From the NCBI RefSeq assembly GCF_009914755.1, contig NC_060943.1: a stretch of 64,000 nucleotides of DNA, one strand, 5' to 3'. The notes under the pieces are model-generated. The model had not been told where the DNA came from. It saw only the letters and a program-made list of their open reading frames with translations, and did no database searches. Each line of letters begins with the position of its first letter. Within the stretch, counting starts at the first letter, position 1. Of this stretch, positions 1 to 64,000 are shown one piece after another. The position numbers and the translations under genes are program-made. The DNA comes from the human T2T-CHM13v2.0 reference genome, Homo sapiens.

Positions 1-21
1 CAGGTCTGAGCCTGGCTCTGA

Positions 22-8202
<8,181 letters not shown>

Positions 8203-8420
8203 CCCCGCTGGACTCCGGAACACCCGTGGTGACCGCCGGGACCCTGCCTGTGACTCTCCAGGACTCTGCGACCCCGGGATGGATATTGCGATGCTGGTCT
8301 CGACCCTGAAACCCTCCCTCGGATCTGTGACCTCGGACCCGTACTCCATCTGCCGCATCTCCATTCCGGGGGCCTTCCCTCGGGTCCCTGGCAGAAAGAC
8401 ATTTTACCCCTTCTTGCCAA

Positions 8421-8426
8421 AATAAA
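8421..8426 (+). terminator. TMEM145 polyadenylation signal AATAAA
   Basis: AATAAA followed by U-rich downstream sequence. Confidence 0.8.
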
Positions 8427-9628
8427 AAAGGATTCGTTTTTATCTATAACATGGCTTCTTTTGCATCTTGATGGTGTTCAGCGGCGGGGCTGAGCCAGAA
8501 CTATGTCAGGCTCGGGACCTCAGTGTGTCCATCTGTGAAATGGGAATTTGGAACCGGAGGCAGGGGCCTGTATAACCTGATCTTTATGTTGCCCCAGAAT
8601 GTGGGAACATTGAAGATGATCAAACATCTAGCAGGGTCTTGCACCGCTCCTTTATTTTTGCCTTCCTTTCCTCACTCAGAGGTAGAGGCGCCCTCCAGTG
8701 GCCCATGCTTTGCTGAACCACAGGCACCCAGAGTTTGGGTTACGATCTTAGCACTGCGCATATGTGTATTTCTCTCCCTCCAGGAGGACGCTGCTGCGCA
8801 TGCGGTTGGGAACAAATGGGCGGGGATTTCCCCGGAAGTCTCCCTTTATGGAGGGTTGGGGTTGGGCGCTCCGCAGTCCTCCCAGGGCCGCTCTGACCGG
8901 CCGCTCTGTAACTTCTCGCCTCCTCTTCGCCGTCCCTCCCACAGCGGCTGCTCGGCTCCCGCCCCCTCGCCCTCCCACAGCGGGTCTTCCCGCGGCCGCT
9001 CTGGCCCAAGCGTCCCCTCGTCTCTCTGATCTGGCCCATCCGGCTTCGGAGGGAGGCGAGGGTGGGTGAGCAAAGGGATTGGGTCTGTGGGGTCCAGGCC
9101 CGAACCCCTGAAGACGGGCTCCGCCCCCGGCACCCGCTCGCGCCCCGCCCCCGGCTGGAGGAGTCTCTCCTGGACCATCCGAACCTAGCCTGTCCCGGCC
9201 CGCAGCCTCTATGGAGGCTCCTGCCGGGCCGTAGAGCCCTTCGCCCCCTGGGGACCCACCCGTCTATAAGGTCCGTTTGGCCTGCAGCAGCCTGAGTCCG
9301 TAATGCTGGGCACTGTTCATGGGATCGGCCCCCTATGGAGCCCTGTGTCTATAGGGGACTCCTACGGTCCCTAGGGTTCGGCCCCGTCCATAATGACTCC
9401 ATATACAGGGCCTTCCATCGCTCTATAGGGCTCAGCCCTCGGCTTCCAGAGCCTGTCAGCAGTGGCCGTACCCTTCGCCGGGACTGCCGGGTCTCCGGGA
9501 CCTCTTCGATCTACAAGGTCATGTTATGCCTATAGAGGTCGCATTTGCAGGGCCTCACCCCGGGTAGAGGGTCCTCTCCAGGTTTTTACGGCCTGTCCCC
9601 GCTCTAAGGGTCAGTGCAGGAGGCGGCG

Positions 9629-60160
<50,532 letters not shown>

Positions 60161-60309
60161 CATGCCCAGGGTTCTCATCCACAGCAGCTGGGTCACCTGA
60201 TAGGGCCGCCCTGGACTTGGGGTCCCTCCACCTGGGGGCCCCTGGACACTGTCTACTTGGAGACCACTGGCCCCCTTCCCCCAGGGTTGCCCAGATGGGG
60301 CCTCCTTTG

Positions 60310-61700
60310 TTCTGCATTCAGCAGCTATTTATCGAGTACCTACTCTGTCAGGCACTGTCATAGGCGTGGGGCAAAGCAGGAACCAAGAGACGAGGTTCCC
60401 TGATCTCATGGGACTTAGGTTCTGGTGAAGGGAGACAATCAGTGCACATGCACACACCCCACACGCATACACACATGAACACATGCACATGTGCACACAC
60501 AAGTAAGATGGCTTCAGAGAGGGAGAAGCACTGTGAGGCCTCCAGAGGATGTGGCAGTGAGGGACGATGGGGTGAAGTCAGCTGGGCATTCAAAGAAGCT
60601 AGACTGAGAACGCCTGAGAAGAACCAGCTACGGGAAGAGCTTTGGGAAGCAAAGGCAGAGGCCCTGGGGTGGGAGCAGGCTTGTTTTATTGGAAGGACCA
60701 GAAAACTGGTAAGTGTGACCCAGATCAAGTGTGAGGAGATGAGGCTGGGGATAGTCAGGGGCTGGATCACCCAGGGCCTTGTGGGCCCCACATAGGGTTT
60801 TGGGTTTTATTCTCAGGGCAATGGGAAGCTGTTGGATGGTTTGATGAAGGGGAGTGACAGGATCCGATGTACCTATTTAAGAATTTAAGAGGGTCGGGTG
60901 CGGTGGCTCATGCCTATAATCCTAGCACTTTGAGAGGCCAAGGTGGGCTGATCACAAGGTCAAGAGTTCGTGACCAGCCTGGCCAATATGGTGAAACCCC
61001 ATGTCTACTAAAAATACAAAAATTAGCTGGGCATGGTGGCACACACTTGTAGTCCGAGCTACTCGGGAGGCTGAGGCAGAAGAATCGCTTGAACCCAGGA
61101 GGCGGAGGTTGCAGTGAGCTCAGATTGCGTCACTGCACTCCAACCTGGGTGACAGAGCGAGACTCCACCTCAAAAAAAAAAAAAAAATTTAAGAGGTCAC
61201 TCAGTTGTGCTGTGGAGAATGGACCGGAGGGACAAGAGGGGCAGCAGGGATGGTGGGCTGGAGTAGGGTGCTGGCAATGAGGGAGTCTGGCTCAGATGTG
61301 GGATGTGTATGGAAGAATATAAATGATGGTGTGGATGTCAGGGTGAGGGAGGAGACAAAACCACGATGACCCCTAGCTTTGTGGCCTGAACTGTGGGTGG
61401 CTGAGGGGATCGTTAATTGAATGGGGCAGACTGAGGCTTGTGAGGAAGATCAGAGTCTGGTTCTTGACATGAGATGCCCTTCAGACATCTCTTCACTCAG
61501 GTCCAACTAGGGATACAGAAACACTGAATATTTCAACAGCAGAAATTGAATGGGGGGATTGATAGCGCTGGCGAGGGAAGCAGCTGGAAAGAGACAGATG
61601 GCACCCTGAGACAGCCCAGAGGTGAATAGGACCCCCAGGCTGCAGGGATAAAGCTCAGTGGTGGTGTTACCTCACCGGGGACCAGGGTCACACAGCAAAG
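60310..61700. mobile_element. L2 fragments with an inserted + strand Alu (~60892-61187) in the MEGF8 3' UTR
   Basis: L2-like cattcagcagctatttatcgagtacctact...; Alu with TSD aatttaagagg. Confidence 0.78.
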
Positions 61701-62129
61701 CTGGAACAACAGAGGCGTGTTGTGGGGGAGCCTCAGAGGGGACAAAACCTCTGCCTGAGATCCCACCCCAGGTGGGCATGGGGGCCACTGAGGTTGGGGA
61801 TGAAAATGCCGGTACCGTCAGTGCACAGCCCTGTTCCAGACAGTGCTGCCTGGAAGATTTCTGGGCTCTCCTGAGGCGCCACCCCGCACCTGAGCCACCT
61901 CCTTGGACTCCTGTCCTCTACCCCTTGAGGACCTCCCTCCCTTCTACCCTAGCTGTCTTCTTGAACTTGGGACTCTCCTTTCCCAAGACTTCCATCACTA
62001 GCTCCTGGAGGGACTGGACTTTGCATCTTCCCTTCGCGTGGAGCCTCAGTGTGAGAGGCCCTGCCAATGCGTGCATGTCAGAGGTGGTGGGGACCACATC
62101 AGAAGAAGAGGGGGGTGATGAAATTAACA

Positions 62130-62135
62130 AATAAA
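62130..62135 (+). terminator. MEGF8 polyadenylation signal AATAAA (about 2 kb 3' UTR)
   Basis: First AATAAA I found after the stop codon; two more at 62343 and 62353. Confidence 0.7.
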
Positions 62136-62494
62136 AAGTATGGGGAAAACCCAGGTGTCTGAGCGCGTCTGCACATGTCCCAGCAGGGCTAGGTCTCAAC
62201 TCTGACCCAGCCCCGCATGCTGGATAACTTGGATAATTGCCCTTATGATGGTGCCACTTCCAAGCTGGGGTGGCTTTGTTCCTGGCTGCCCCTCTTAAAG
62301 GGGGAAGGGGGAAGGGGGAAGGGTATGCCCCAACAGAAGCATAATAAATACCAATAAACAGCTCTTGTTTCCCAGAAGGGACGCGCTGAGGGCAGACGTG
62401 GGCAGTGGAATTTGACCCTTCCCTAGATCTTCCTCAGGGAAACCCCAGTTTGGCTCAGGAGGGAAAACAGGCTGCCTTGGTCCCAGCTACGGCT

Positions 62495-64000
<1,506 letters not shown>

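Noticed and set aside
60443-60500. CA-rich purine-pyrimidine tract in the 3' UTR
   Set aside because: Short, degenerate simple repeat within an L2 fragment

Overview
Human genomic DNA, recognised as chr19q13.2 from gene content, primate Alus and MSR1 minisatellites. It holds the 3' part of TMEM145 (+, ending near a polyA signal at 8421) and, about 0.6 kb downstream, the complete MEGF8 gene (+). I traced 42 MEGF8 coding exons by GT-AG boundaries from ATG 9629 to TGA 60160; they sum to 8538 nt (2845 aa + stop) with consistent phases. MIR8077 lies in intron 15. The rest is Alu, L1, L2, MIR, MLT and DNA-transposon remnants plus two MSR1 arrays. I found no wholly new gene system. Best leads: (1) a 4-bp CTGA duplication (7539-7546) that stops a proline-rich TMEM145 exon extension 4 nt before a donor that would otherwise splice in frame to a terminal exon; (2) a dense cluster of RFX X-box motifs in MEGF8 intron 19, plus an X-box on the intron 32 splice donor; (3) a ~418-nt AG-exclusion zone with a distant branch-point candidate in intron 18; (4) a 56-aa, possibly L2-derived exon 30 that interrupts a Kelch propeller; (5) cassette exon 13, bracketed by inverted Alus and encoding half of a PA14-like domain. 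Repeat boundaries and subfamilies are by eye and approximate.
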